Virus record (IMG/VR): IMGVR_UViG_3300031867_000002
Coordinates: 64,001-128,000 of that record
Reading direction: 5' to 3' (one strand)
DNA from: a virus
Lineage: Duplodnaviria > Caudoviricetes
DNA length: 64,000 nt
Both the position numbers and the translations under genes were made by a program. The notes beneath the pieces are model-generated. The model made no database searches. It saw nothing but the letters and a program-made list of their open reading frames with translations, and was not told the DNA's origin. Every line of letters begins with the position of its first letter. Positions within the stretch are counted from its first letter, which is position 1. Below, piece by piece: positions 48,748-59,405 of this stretch.

Positions 48748-49377
48748 ATGGCTGAAACAATGAATGTAGTAGTAAAAGAAATCGTTATCCGTAACTGTGT
48801 TAAGCAGATTTATGTTGCTAATGGTATGATTTACAATATCATTGGTCATGGAGAGTTTGCAGCTGCTCAGCTTACACCCGAAGGCGAAGCAACCGAAGTA
48901 GAGCTCTATAATGCTCTCGGTCCTGATGATATCGAAAGATGGCCTCTGGCAGCTAGTCTCGGTCAGATGGCGGATTTCACACTCGTTGGTGAATCTGAAA
49001 AAGTTACTGATAATACAGAAGAAGTACAGAATAATGAAAATATTGGCTTTGGCACTGCAGCGTATAAAGTCGATAACAGCAGCTTTGATGAAGTTGTGGA
49101 ATACCTGACACATCTCAAGGGTGAAGATTTCTTAAAGTTTGTGTATTATGCAAAAACACACGATAATAATTTTCCCCGTTATATAGATGTGTTTGCAAAC
49201 ATTATTAATGCAGATGATGCGTATTGCACAGCGATTATTAAGCTGACACGTCATCTTGGCGAAGCAGTTGAAAAAAGAGCCTTCGAACTCTTCGATGCAG
49301 CTGCGGATGATAAAATATACGAAGCAAACGTCTTTTTCAATTTCTGGAAAGCACTCCAGGTAATCAACTTCTGCTAA
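48748..49377 (+). CDS. hypothetical early protein
   Basis: TAAGGAG RBS before ATG 48748; terminator at 49443-49479. Confidence 0.7.
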   Translation: MAETMNVVVKEIVIRNCVKQIYVANGMIYNIIGHGEFAAAQLTPEGEATEVELYNALGPDDIERWPLAASLGQMADFTLVGESEKVTDNTEEVQNNENIGFGTAAYKVDNSSFDEVVEYLTHLKGEDFLKFVYYAKTHDNNFPRYIDVFANIINADDAYCTAIIKLTRHLGEAVEKRAFELFDAAADDKIYEANVFFNFWKALQVINFC

Positions 49378-49442
49378 TAACACAACAGTATTATTTTGAC
49401 AATTGAATAATCAGCTAGATGACTTAAGTCATTAGTAGTTGG

Positions 49443-49479
49443 AAAAGAACGGACTCATTAAGAGTCCGTTCTTTTTTTT
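49443..49479. terminator. bidirectional intrinsic terminator
   Basis: AAAAGAACGGACTC-loop-GAGTCCGTTC-T8. Confidence 0.85.
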
Positions 49480-49482
49480 ATA

Positions 49483-51177
49483 TTAATAATTATTCATGTT
49501 AATTGTAGGAAGGATAAACTGGTTTGCTGTTACCATGATTGTAATAATTTTAGAGATTGTATCAATAATACAAATGTCTGTATCAATACTAGAAAGTACT
49601 TTACCATCATATTTTCCAGTAGTAATATTGTAAGGGCAATCATGAGTAATACAATCGTGAATAATCGTATTAGAATCGATTTCACCTACAGTATCATAGA
49701 GTTCGGTCATGATTTCATAATATGAAGATTTAATTATATCTGCAATATCTCCAGCCATACTATTTTCAAGTTCTTCAGATGCTAAAATAGAAGCTTTATA
49801 TCCTTCAAAGTTAGCTGCATATCCTACACCATTAAGTGCTGCAGAACGACAATTGAGTACTGCATCTTCAAGTAAATCACGCTCTGCATCACGGTCTGCC
49901 ACGGTAACACCACCGATATAGATTTCTACCATCTTACCTTTAAGAGAATTAAGACGTTTTTTAAGGGTATAGATTTCTGTAGTAGTATTACCTTCTATAT
50001 TAAGTTTATCAATCTGTTTCTGAAGATAATCTGTTCTTTGTTTAAAGAGAGAAGAATATTCTCCTTTTACATTAAACATTTTAAACGGATTTACAAATGT
50101 AGTTTTATATGCATCGCTAGATACTAGTTCTGCTTCACCAGCAAATGTATCAATATTATCTGGAGTAGGAGCTAAACCAGATTCAATATCTTTTTTTTGA
50201 ATTTCTGGGTCAAGATATTTCTTGATATACTTACAACCACAAAGGTCACAAATATCTTCAAACTGTTCCATATCACAACCTTGAATATCGGTAATAATGT
50301 TCAAAATACCACGATTAGCTGCAGGAACATTTGCAATAGACTCCATAAGAGTATCCATATATGCAGAATAATCTCTAGAAATTCTAGGAGCCATAATTAC
50401 AGTAGGAACTACTTCTTCTGGTTTCTTTTCACTAATAGGTTTGAGAATATTCTTTACAAGAATAATGTCCAAGAACATACCCATCTCTGCAGTATCAATA
50501 GGGTCTTTAAATGCATAAATTTTAGGATTCTTAATATCAACTGTATTTTTCACTGTATCGTTAATCAATGTAGGGTCAAGGAATCCACATTCCATAGTCA
50601 TACCATTGATTTCTTTAAGATAAGTTGTACCATTCATAGATGCTTTTACATCAATATACACATCAAGTCCATATTCTTTATATACATTATTAAGAATCTT
50701 AGCTAGTTCTTCATCACCATTTGTAGCGATAAGAGCTATATCATACATATCTTCAATAGTAGCTAGTCTACCATTTAATTCGATATTTTTCTTAATAACT
50801 TCTGCTGTTTTCTTGAACGCTTTTACTAATGATACTGGAGTAAAATTATGTTCAGCTTCGTATGCAGACAGTCTATTAAAAATAAGAGAAGATAAGATAG
50901 TAATACTAGTTGTAGAATCGCCAACTTTTTGAGCCTGTGTACGAGTCTCTTCTTCAATATCAGCATGTACAGCTTTTGCAATCGGGTCTACAAATTGAAG
51001 GTGAGAAAGAATAGTATGACCGTCTTTGGTATATCTAGAAAGTGCACCATCTTTACCAATAATAGAATTAGAACCATAAGGACCAAATGACTTTACTAAT
51101 GCATCTGATAAAATACTCATTGTTTCTAATTGAACTTTTCTAAGAGCTTCTTTTCCAACAATATTTGAATAAACCAT
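49483..51177 (-). CDS. groEL: phage GroEL-like chaperonin
   Basis: SFGPYG, TKDG, VGDSTTS, IYIGG...ERDLLEDAV; 564 aa; late promoter at 51209-51220. Confidence 0.88.
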   Translation of the reverse strand: MVYSNIVGKEALRKVQLETMSILSDALVKSFGPYGSNSIIGKDGALSRYTKDGHTILSHLQFVDPIAKAVHADIEEETRTQAQKVGDSTTSITILSSLIFNRLSAYEAEHNFTPVSLVKAFKKTAEVIKKNIELNGRLATIEDMYDIALIATNGDEELAKILNNVYKEYGLDVYIDVKASMNGTTYLKEINGMTMECGFLDPTLINDTVKNTVDIKNPKIYAFKDPIDTAEMGMFLDIILVKNILKPISEKKPEEVVPTVIMAPRISRDYSAYMDTLMESIANVPAANRGILNIITDIQGCDMEQFEDICDLCGCKYIKKYLDPEIQKKDIESGLAPTPDNIDTFAGEAELVSSDAYKTTFVNPFKMFNVKGEYSSLFKQRTDYLQKQIDKLNIEGNTTTEIYTLKKRLNSLKGKMVEIYIGGVTVADRDAERDLLEDAVLNCRSAALNGVGYAANFEGYKASILASEELENSMAGDIADIIKSSYYEIMTELYDTVGEIDSNTIIHDCITHDCPYNITTGKYDGKVLSSIDTDICIIDTISKIITIMVTANQFILPTINMNNY

Positions 51178-51211
51178 ATCGGTTCCTCCTTTAAATATAT
51201 AATAGTATTAC

Positions 51212-51988
51212 TTATTTGTTTTTGGGTTTCTTTTTTACTACCTTTAACTTCAGGGTAGCGTAGTCATTATCTTCTTTACTATATGTGTCGATGATTGCAG
51301 TTTTAGAGTATCCATTTTCCCACAACCATTTACCTAAATCTAAATCACAATATAGCATCTTATCATCAAAGAAGACATTGAATTTATAGTTTAATAACAT
51401 AATTCGTTTTTCAATAAATTTCTGTTTAAACTTATATACATCATATTTACTTTTGAAAATAAATTCAGTATAATCGTTTACATCTATATCAGATAACTCA
51501 TTGACTATCTTTACGTTAACACTTTTATGATATCGTCTTACAATATCTTCTTCTAGTTTATTCCCGCATACTATAGTAACATGTGTATTATCCATAGCAG
51601 CATATACAGAGATTAGAAAAAATATTCCAGTGATTGCCATATACTTACTTTCTTTAAGTAAGTCACCATATCTAGTAGACATGATTTCTTTATAAATAGA
51701 ATCTGCAATTTCTTTATCTTTAAAGCATATTGTTAATGGATTAGGGTCTTCTCTATTGATTAGAAGAAATTTAACTTCTTTTGTTGACATATTCATAACG
51801 TCTTGGTTAATGAATTTAGGATTGTTGTATTCTGCTTGTACCATTCTTAATACAGCAAAATCTAAATCTACTATAGTATTAAACATAACTAAATAATTAT
51901 GATAACCTGCTGCAGCTTTATCTACTTCAATCTTTTTCTTTGTACCATCTGGGTTAACTTCTTCTACATTAATAGAATCAATTGCCAT
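51212..51988 (-). CDS. hypothetical protein (possible degenerate HAD-like fold)
   Basis: YLVMFNTIVDLD N-terminal strand; weak evidence. Confidence 0.5.
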   Translation of the reverse strand: MAIDSINVEEVNPDGTKKKIEVDKAAAGYHNYLVMFNTIVDLDFAVLRMVQAEYNNPKFINQDVMNMSTKEVKFLLINREDPNPLTICFKDKEIADSIYKEIMSTRYGDLLKESKYMAITGIFFLISVYAAMDNTHVTIVCGNKLEEDIVRRYHKSVNVKIVNELSDIDVNDYTEFIFKSKYDVYKFKQKFIEKRIMLLNYKFNVFFDDKMLYCDLDLGKWLWENGYSKTAIIDTYSKEDNDYATLKLKVVKKKPKNK

Positions 51989-51990
51989 AA

Positions 51991-52455
51991 TTATTCCTCC
52001 TCTTCTTCAAATAGAGGACTATCTGAATTATTATCTAACGAAGATATAATAGAATTTCCTACTAAGGTTGCTAAATGAATTAGTTCTTCATCAGCTAAGC
52101 TATTGATATATTCATATCTTTCTTTAGTCTTACTCTGTTCAATATCATCAAAGAATGGAGTAGAAACACTTTTCAATAAGTCTTTAGCTTCTCTAACAGA
52201 ATCTTCGTGAGTCCATTGTGCTTTTTCTTGAAGTATCATTTCTTTATCATAGATTGGTATATGCTGTTTGGCTAGTACTGGAATATCAGGGATATTAAGA
52301 ATATGCTCATACTCTTCTGATACTTGTGCAACAAATTCTTTACTTAGTATACTTCTAAGATACATATATTTTTTATAGTTATGATAATGCGTAAAACCAT
52401 GCGATTTTGCAAGCCTTCTACATTTCTTTCTTTTTCTCCAATGCATTATAGTCAC
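51991..52455 (-). CDS. hypothetical protein
   Basis: ORF in a tightly packed operon; basic N-terminus. Confidence 0.55.
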   Translation of the reverse strand: MTIMHWRKRKKCRRLAKSHGFTHYHNYKKYMYLRSILSKEFVAQVSEEYEHILNIPDIPVLAKQHIPIYDKEMILQEKAQWTHEDSVREAKDLLKSVSTPFFDDIEQSKTKERYEYINSLADEELIHLATLVGNSIISSLDNNSDSPLFEEEEE

Positions 52456-52456
52456 C

Positions 52457-52639
52457 TCATACCATCTTTAATGCCATTTCTACATGAGCTCCTTCGCTAT
52501 CAAATCTATCTGAATTAAAATGTAGCCAATTAGTAGCCTGTTCTTCTGTATCAAATAAGACATTAGTTACATCAGCAAAGATATAATCTCCTCTATAAGT
52601 CTTATATAAATATTTTCCTTCTTTAATAATAGTATACAT
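52457..52639 (-). CDS. small hypothetical protein
   Basis: GGAGG RBS; packed operon. Confidence 0.5.
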   Translation of the reverse strand: MYTIIKEGKYLYKTYRGDYIFADVTNVLFDTEEQATNWLHFNSDRFDSEGAHVEMALKMV

Positions 52640-52835
52640 AATTAATTAACCTCCTGATAAGTTTAATTACAATAATCCATGTAGTTATACTTAATATGAT
52701 AAGATATAAATAAGGATGTATTTTTCTAAAGAATAAGTCTCCTATATAGGTTTTATACTCTTTATCTTTGACTCTACCTATTATACATATATAACAAAAG
52801 AGTCCCACTATTAATGTTATTATTGTTGAAATCAT
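52623..52835 (-). CDS. small two-TM membrane protein
   Basis: Two hydrophobic segments in 70 aa; GAGG RBS. Confidence 0.5.
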   Translation of the reverse strand: MISTIITLIVGLFCYICIIGRVKDKEYKTYIGDLFFRKIHPYLYLIILSITTWIIVIKLIRRLINYVYYY

Positions 52836-52889
52836 ACGTATATACCTCTTAATAAAAGAGAGGGAATGATTACATTCCCTCTCAAAATT

Positions 52890-53702
52890 TTAATCCATGA
52901 TAGATGCAATGTCATTCATAACGTCTTCATATGTTGAAGAGTTATTTTTAGAACCTTCAGAAGATACAGAAGAAGAGCTATTACCGTTATTATTGAACCA
53001 GTTAGAACGATTATAATTCTTACTTCCATCGCTCTTAGAAATTCCAAGTTTCTCTCTTACATCCTTAATAAAGCTAAACTGTCTCGCTTCATTGAACTTA
53101 CCAGTCTCCATGATAGATGCTGCTACTGCATTTGTAGACGCATTGATAAACTGTACAAGCAGATTTTCAAACATGTCAAGTTCAAGACTATCTGCGTAAC
53201 TAGAATCTTTGCCGAAGTCAGAACCACCCATGTAATTTGTAATAACATACATGTCCTTAGTATTAAACTCATATGCTGCTTCTGCTTCTTTTTCACCAGT
53301 CTCATTGTTAATAAGATTGATTACTATGCAAACTCCACCGTGACCAAACATCTTATAACCATTTGCAATAAAGATGATGCCCTTGTTTGTGTTAACACCG
53401 ATGTTTGTATAAGCATCAGGATTCTTTCTGAATTCCTTTACACAATACAGAAGCATTTTAGCCTTAGAAGGGGACAGATAGATATCTACATGATTATCTG
53501 TATCTACTTTATTAGCAGAACCTTCCTTTACAATGATAGGATTCATTGTAATCTTGAGCAGAGAGTTCCAGAAGTTGAAACTCATAGAAGTGTTGTCGAT
53601 TTCAGATTCAGAGTTAAAGAATCTATAAGCTGAGCGAGTAGTGGGAGTGAAGATATCATTTCCACCGTTGTTGTTCTGACTGTTGTAATTGTTATTATTC
53701 AT
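52890..53702 (-). CDS. hypothetical protein (possible ssDNA-binding protein)
   Basis: GGAGG RBS before ATG 53702; beta-rich core, Ser/Asn linker and acidic C-terminal tail; late promoter at 53740-53751. Confidence 0.45.
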   Translation of the reverse strand: MNNNNYNSQNNNGGNDIFTPTTRSAYRFFNSESEIDNTSMSFNFWNSLLKITMNPIIVKEGSANKVDTDNHVDIYLSPSKAKMLLYCVKEFRKNPDAYTNIGVNTNKGIIFIANGYKMFGHGGVCIVINLINNETGEKEAEAAYEFNTKDMYVITNYMGGSDFGKDSSYADSLELDMFENLLVQFINASTNAVAASIMETGKFNEARQFSFIKDVREKLGISKSDGSKNYNRSNWFNNNGNSSSSVSSEGSKNNSSTYEDVMNDIASIMD

Positions 53703-53831
53703 AATACTTACCTCCTGGCTTTTAGCCATAATAATATTTTACTTATTTGTTTATGGTATGGTAATTTATAACTCTAATCGTACCTGATTAGGTCAACTTA
53801 TTAATAAAAATCTTAAGAAAGGAGTATTATC

Positions 53832-56177
53832 ATGAAAATAGTAGATACTGGTATTACAATTATAGAAGAGAAAGAAGATAATAATGACGTCCAATATAAT
53901 CAACCAGATAATCTAGCTACTATGAATCCTATACCAAATGCCAATCAAAAAAGATATGTTCCATTGCTTAGTTTCATGGCTAATAGAAATAATAATGGTA
54001 TAGAAGAAGATAGACGATATGATGGTTCTGGATATGTATCTATCTTTTATCAAATGAATACTCAAAACCAGTCTTTTCTAGATATGCACTACTATTTAAA
54101 AGCAAAAGGTATTAAAAACAATAAGTTTCATTTATTGTTATATGATAAGGATTTAGCATATATTGACCCTCATGACCCATATTTACCTCCTCAAATAAAA
54201 CAAAAAGTATTTCTAGAATGTCAAAGAAACTTTTGGTATTATATAAGAGAAGTAGTTAGAGTACAAAGTCAGGGTGGACCTTATGTAAGATATAAACTAG
54301 ATAGAGGTAATCTAGCATTAAATTTTTGTTTTACATTGAATCTGAATATATATCAAGAACAACCACGTCAGACTGGTAAAACGGTTGCAACAGAAGTATG
54401 GTTTAGTTGGGTATATAACTTTGGTTCTCGTAATGCTAATATGGTATTCTTAAATAAGAAACATGATGACGCTAAACGTAACTTATCATCTCTTAAAGAT
54501 ATTATAAAAGCATTACCTACTTATTTACGTTTTGACCAAGCATTCGGTGTAGATGGTAAGAAGCTTAAAGCATCTAATACCGTGCAATATATCCAGCATA
54601 AGATTAACTTTAATAATATTAAAGCTCTACCAATGGCTCGTAACCGTACATCTGCTATATCTTTACTTCGTGGTCAAACTATTACTAACTGTTGGATTGA
54701 TGAATCTGCGTTCTTCCAATATTTAGAAGAATCTTTACAAAACGGTATGCCAGCATTGACTACCGCATTTAGAAACTGTAGAATTAATGGAGCACCTCAT
54801 GGACTTTGTTTAACTTCTACACCTGGATTCTTAACAACAGAAGAAGGTCAATATATGTATGACCTTAAAAATAAGATGACTCCATTCTCTGAACTATGGT
54901 ATGATTTTTCTTTACAGAAATTAACAGAGACATTAAATGCTAATGAGAAGTCTATCTTTGTATATATTAAAACAACTTATCAACAACTAGGATATTCTGA
55001 AGAATGGCTTAAAGAAAGAATCAAAGAACAGAACCAAAAATGGACTGACATAAGACGTGAATTCTTACTTGAATGGGCTACATCTTCTGAAAATTGTCCA
55101 TTCTCTCAAGAGGAACTTAGAAATGTGCAAAGATATGTACGCAATCCAATTAAACAAGTTTATATTTCCAACTTCTTATTCAATATCTATTCTGAGATAT
55201 CTCCAAGAGATAAGACATTGATTGGTGTAGACGTTGCGGCAGGTTACTCTAAAGACTCTTCTGCAATTTCTGTTACAGATTCTAAGACTACTAAACTTGT
55301 AGCAGACTTTAACTGTAACTATATTAACCCAGTTGATTTGGCTACAGTAATATATAACCTTGTATTAAACTACTTACCTAACTCATTAATTACTATCGAG
55401 CGTAATGGTGTAGGTACAGGTACACTAGCTAAGTTAATGAAATCTAAGATTAGAAATAATCTATATTATGAGATTAAAGAGCGTACTATAGAAGAACGTC
55501 CTGATGGATTAAGGTCTCATAAGAGAAAACAACTTACTAAAGTATATGGTGTAGATAATACTGGTACTGTACGTGAACAATTAATGGACTTATTAACTGA
55601 CCGTGTAAGAGACCATTATGATAAATTCATATCTCCTATCTTGTATGAAGAATTAAAGAATCTAGAAATTAAAAAGACTGGTCGTATAGACCACTCTGCT
55701 AATAGTCATGACGATAGTACATTCTCTTACCTATATTCTATTTATCCTATTTATTATGGAAAGAATGTAAGAGAAAATTGGAATATATCTATACCTACAT
55801 TAAGAACAGCAGATGATGAGGCACAAGAAATATTCCAAGACTTTAGTGCTATAGAAGAGATATCTATTGTTAGAGATATAGAAAATCTTGAAAATGATGA
55901 TATGATTAATGAACAACTTAAACAGTTGGATAAGACAAAATTATATAGTCAATTCTTAGCACAGCAACAAGCTGAAAATGATAGAGCTATGGCTCAAATA
56001 TTATCTACTAAAATAGGTAGAGAAGCATATGCTAGACAATTTAATATTCCTATAGAAAATATAGAATCCGATGAAACTGGATTTAGTATGCTAGGAGCTA
56101 TAAATAATTTCTACTCAGAATCTCTAGATGAAAGCGAAGATTATCAAAGATATAATGATTATCCGTGGAGACAATAA
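53832..56177 (+). CDS. terL: terminase large subunit
   Basis: Walker A PRQTGKT, Walker B CWIDE, motif III TSTPG and nuclease motifs IGVDVA...D.S...IERN...HDD. Confidence 0.92.
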   Translation: MKIVDTGITIIEEKEDNNDVQYNQPDNLATMNPIPNANQKRYVPLLSFMANRNNNGIEEDRRYDGSGYVSIFYQMNTQNQSFLDMHYYLKAKGIKNNKFHLLLYDKDLAYIDPHDPYLPPQIKQKVFLECQRNFWYYIREVVRVQSQGGPYVRYKLDRGNLALNFCFTLNLNIYQEQPRQTGKTVATEVWFSWVYNFGSRNANMVFLNKKHDDAKRNLSSLKDIIKALPTYLRFDQAFGVDGKKLKASNTVQYIQHKINFNNIKALPMARNRTSAISLLRGQTITNCWIDESAFFQYLEESLQNGMPALTTAFRNCRINGAPHGLCLTSTPGFLTTEEGQYMYDLKNKMTPFSELWYDFSLQKLTETLNANEKSIFVYIKTTYQQLGYSEEWLKERIKEQNQKWTDIRREFLLEWATSSENCPFSQEELRNVQRYVRNPIKQVYISNFLFNIYSEISPRDKTLIGVDVAAGYSKDSSAISVTDSKTTKLVADFNCNYINPVDLATVIYNLVLNYLPNSLITIERNGVGTGTLAKLMKSKIRNNLYYEIKERTIEERPDGLRSHKRKQLTKVYGVDNTGTVREQLMDLLTDRVRDHYDKFISPILYEELKNLEIKKTGRIDHSANSHDDSTFSYLYSIYPIYYGKNVRENWNISIPTLRTADDEAQEIFQDFSAIEEISIVRDIENLENDDMINEQLKQLDKTKLYSQFLAQQQAENDRAMAQILSTKIGREAYARQFNIPIENIESDETGFSMLGAINNFYSESLDESEDYQRYNDYPWRQ

Positions 56178-56212
56178 AAGAACCCCACACCAATAAAGGT
56201 GTGGGGATTTTA

Positions 56213-56821
56213 TTATCCTAACAGAGCATCAATTATTTCATCAAAAGTATCGGCAGACATCATTACTCCATACATAGAACTAACATTGATTTTTTCACAT
56301 TTATCATCATTATATTTTTTATGCTGGCATTCATGCAGACACTTCTTAGCACAATTAGTAGAACACTTGTTATCGCTATTACAAGTATCTTTTGCTTTTT
56401 TATAATTTTTAACAAGTTCGTTATACTTATTTTCTTTGAACCAACTCTTTATCATATCTTTATTATCAAGCATAGAAGCAGTCATCTTATCAGTAGTTGT
56501 ATCTTTCTTATTTGTAACAAAATGAACTACTTCCCAGAAATGATTAAAGATAAATTCATTGTTAGGAACCCACGGTGTATTCTTACCATCTAAACTCTTA
56601 TAAAGATATCTACTATTCATTTTAGAATTATCATCAGGATTTTGAAGCTTGATTACAATACCTTCTTTCCATGTTCTAATTCTAATACCATATTCATCAT
56701 CTTTAGATTTATTGTCTTCTAATTCAACTAGTTTGTCGAGAGCTTTACCAAATGATAAAAAGCTTTCAATGATATCATAATTGCAATTAGTAGTTGTTGT
56801 TTCTTCATACATATCAACCAT
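56213..56821 (-). CDS. DUF2829/Tad2-like domain protein with C-terminal extension
   Basis: SFGKALDKL...RTW...PDDNSKM...YLY...PWVP......WEVV; GGAGG RBS before ATG 56821. Confidence 0.55.
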   Translation of the reverse strand: MVDMYEETTTTNCNYDIIESFLSFGKALDKLVELEDNKSKDDEYGIRIRTWKEGIVIKLQNPDDNSKMNSRYLYKSLDGKNTPWVPNNEFIFNHFWEVVHFVTNKKDTTTDKMTASMLDNKDMIKSWFKENKYNELVKNYKKAKDTCNSDNKCSTNCAKKCLHECQHKKYNDDKCEKINVSSMYGVMMSADTFDEIIDALLG

Positions 56822-56835
56822 TTTAGTTACCTCCA

Positions 56836-57090
56836 TTAGTTAAAATCTTTAATAACTTTGTTTTCGAACTTCTTATAAGCATCCAGATAGAGTTCGTTAG
56901 TATCTCTATTATATGTACACTCATAGTACATACCATCGGGAAGAGTAGTACTAATACACGCCTTCCAGTTCTGAAGTGCCTTGCAAGTCCATACGATATA
57001 AACATCGTCAAGCGTGATAGAAACCTCATCGGTTTTATCAAGGTGTGATACAACATAGTCGTATACTACTTTTCTCATCTTATCAAACAT
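56836..57090 (-). CDS. DUF6275-like phage protein
   Basis: DDVYIVWTCKALQNWKA.IST..PDGMYYE.TYN....ELYLDAYKK.EN. Confidence 0.7.
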   Translation of the reverse strand: MFDKMRKVVYDYVVSHLDKTDEVSITLDDVYIVWTCKALQNWKACISTTLPDGMYYECTYNRDTNELYLDAYKKFENKVIKDFN

Positions 57091-57138
57091 GATAGATTCC
57101 TCCTTATAAAAATTTACTATTTTGTTTCTGAATGTGTA

Positions 57139-57525
57139 TTATTTAAAAGTCGGGATTTCACGATTCAGAATTTCATCAAAACCAGATGTAGACAACTCCT
57201 CAATGTAACGAATATCTGCCACATTAATAGAAGTAGTCTTGGAAATATTATCATCTGAATAGTCAATCTTAAGTGTATCTACTACAGTAGGTTTAGTATT
57301 CTGATTTACAAAAGATAAAACCTCTTCTGTATTACACATAGTATATCCAGTAATACGTGCATTATAAGTACGAAGTCCTGTCATATTATCTGCAACAGTA
57401 ATCTTATATACCTTATCAGAAGAAATCTCGTATACACATTTAGCAATCTTATCTTTCTTTTGATACGATACCTCTAGAACAAGTCTTAATACTGCCTTAG
57501 CATTACAAGTTAAAAAAGAAACCAT
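57139..57525 (-). CDS. hypothetical protein
   Basis: AAGGAGG RBS; late promoter at 57548-57559. Confidence 0.65.
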   Translation of the reverse strand: MVSFLTCNAKAVLRLVLEVSYQKKDKIAKCVYEISSDKVYKITVADNMTGLRTYNARITGYTMCNTEEVLSFVNQNTKPTVVDTLKIDYSDDNISKTTSINVADIRYIEELSTSGFDEILNREIPTFK

Positions 57526-57587
57526 ATAATTACCTCCTTTGGTATTTTAATAAAATGTTGAGGGGTGATTATCTCACCCCTCATATA

Positions 57588-59405
57588 TTATCTCTTTCTC
57601 TTATTTCTCTTTCTATTCTTTTTAGTGTTTCTCATCTTAAGTGGAGTCATATACTTATCAATCTCATCAACAAGCCAATCTACACCTTTCTTAATAGCTT
57701 GAATAGCTCTACTATTATTAGCTGTATAGTTTAGATTGAGAAGAGAGTTGGTAAGATAGTATCCATATATGTGTTCTTCAAGACTACCATCTTCTACAGC
57801 TGCTTTAACTTCAGATACAACAAGAGAGATTATAGTCTTAGAATAATCTTCTGGATATCCTGCTGTTAAAAGACCCTTGAGACAAATATCTAAATCTCTT
57901 GGTTTTGGAGATATTTTAGAAATAGTATTATTATAATCTTCTACTAGTTTATTCCAATTGTCTCTACCATTCTTATAATGTTTATTACAGATAGATGGAT
58001 TATCAGAAATTTTATTTCCTATTCTTATCATGCTAAGAGATTCTTCAAAGTTTTTAGCAACCAATTCTAATTGATTTGCTTTTTCTGGGTCTGTGTCTCT
58101 AATCTCTTTAGATTTTTCAAGAAGATTGGTAGTAAACTTATCATAAACTTCATCATTATATTCATCCATCATAGTACCTACAATATTACCCATAGGCGCA
58201 AGTGTTTCTTTAAGTTCTGTGTTGAAGTCTTTAATCTCTCTATCAAGATAGGTATTATTAACAAGGTCATTAATAAATGACTTTGCAAAGAAGTTAATAG
58301 TAGAACGGTCTGCTCCAACAGACATAGCTTCTTTAAGAATTACATCCTTAATAGACTGAGGTAATGCTTCAAATACATTGAATTTCTCATGAGCTTTATA
58401 ACGATTCATTACAGAAATTAACTGAGCTGCATCTTGATAAGTTACGCTATCATATTGTTCCATAAGTGCAGAAGTAATTACTTCATCAGGAAGATTAATT
58501 TCAGTTACAGGAACATCATTAAATTCTTCGATACTCATAGGTTTGTCTTTATCATCTTCTTCAACTTTAGGAAGAGCTTCGGTTAATGCTTCTCCAGAAG
58601 TAACTTTATCAATAGTTGTATTAAGATTATCTATTACATTTTCTAAAGATTCATTATCATCAAAAGTAGCTGGTTCTGATAGTATAGCTACAGCAGATGG
58701 AAAACCAAAAGCTACTTTATTAATAGATTCTTTAGAAAGCTTTGGCTTTTCTTTTTCTCCTTCTTTAAATACATTAATTACAGATTCTGCATCCATTCGA
58801 GTATTCTCTTCAACAAGAGTAACACCTTCAACTGGAGTAGCAATTTCACCTGTTCCATCAGACCATTTTTCTTCTGTGAATTCAACTGGAAATGAACTCT
58901 CCTGAATTTCCTCCTGAGATATTACCTCTGTTACTTGTTCGATATCACCAGCAATAGGTGTATTAAGATTTGCTCTAAGTTCTGCTTCAATATTACTCAT
59001 AGCTTCATTATCCTCCTTAGTCATTTGCTGTGTAGTTTTACCTAGTTTTCTAGCTTTCATATCTTGATATTTCTGATACATACCATTAGCAATAAGTTCA
59101 TTTCTTTCTTCAATACTCATTGGTGTATCAGATTCAAAAATACCTTTAAGAATCTCCTCTTCAACAGCAATATTATCTTGTTCTAATTCTCGCTGTTCTT
59201 GCATGATAGGGTCATAGAATTTTGATGTTTCTTTAATCTGGTCCATCAATATAACATCTGGATTTTCCATACGGGTTTTACAAAGAGAATCAATTAGATT
59301 ATTGATATCTTTTCTACTCATATCTTTATGAGTAATATCCATATCAGATGGTGAATAAGCATAATTTCCTTCATTGATAGGATATGCATTGTCGATAATA
59401 GGCAT
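57588..59405 (-). CDS. hypothetical acidic protein
   Basis: 605-aa ORF translationally coupled (TAATG) to the upstream gene. Confidence 0.65.
   Translation of the reverse strand: MPIIDNAYPINEGNYAYSPSDMDITHKDMSRKDINNLIDSLCKTRMENPDVILMDQIKETSKFYDPIMQEQRELEQDNIAVEEEILKGIFESDTPMSIEERNELIANGMYQKYQDMKARKLGKTTQQMTKEDNEAMSNIEAELRANLNTPIAGDIEQVTEVISQEEIQESSFPVEFTEEKWSDGTGEIATPVEGVTLVEENTRMDAESVINVFKEGEKEKPKLSKESINKVAFGFPSAVAILSEPATFDDNESLENVIDNLNTTIDKVTSGEALTEALPKVEEDDKDKPMSIEEFNDVPVTEINLPDEVITSALMEQYDSVTYQDAAQLISVMNRYKAHEKFNVFEALPQSIKDVILKEAMSVGADRSTINFFAKSFINDLVNNTYLDREIKDFNTELKETLAPMGNIVGTMMDEYNDEVYDKFTTNLLEKSKEIRDTDPEKANQLELVAKNFEESLSMIRIGNKISDNPSICNKHYKNGRDNWNKLVEDYNNTISKISPKPRDLDICLKGLLTAGYPEDYSKTIISLVVSEVKAAVEDGSLEEHIYGYYLTNSLLNLNYTANNSRAIQAIKKGVDWLVDEIDKYMTPLKMRNTKKNRKRNKRKR

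Noticed and set aside
56255-56300. PolB motif-B-like KINVSSMYG in the Tad2-like protein tail
   Set aside because: It is an isolated short match with no other polymerase motifs.
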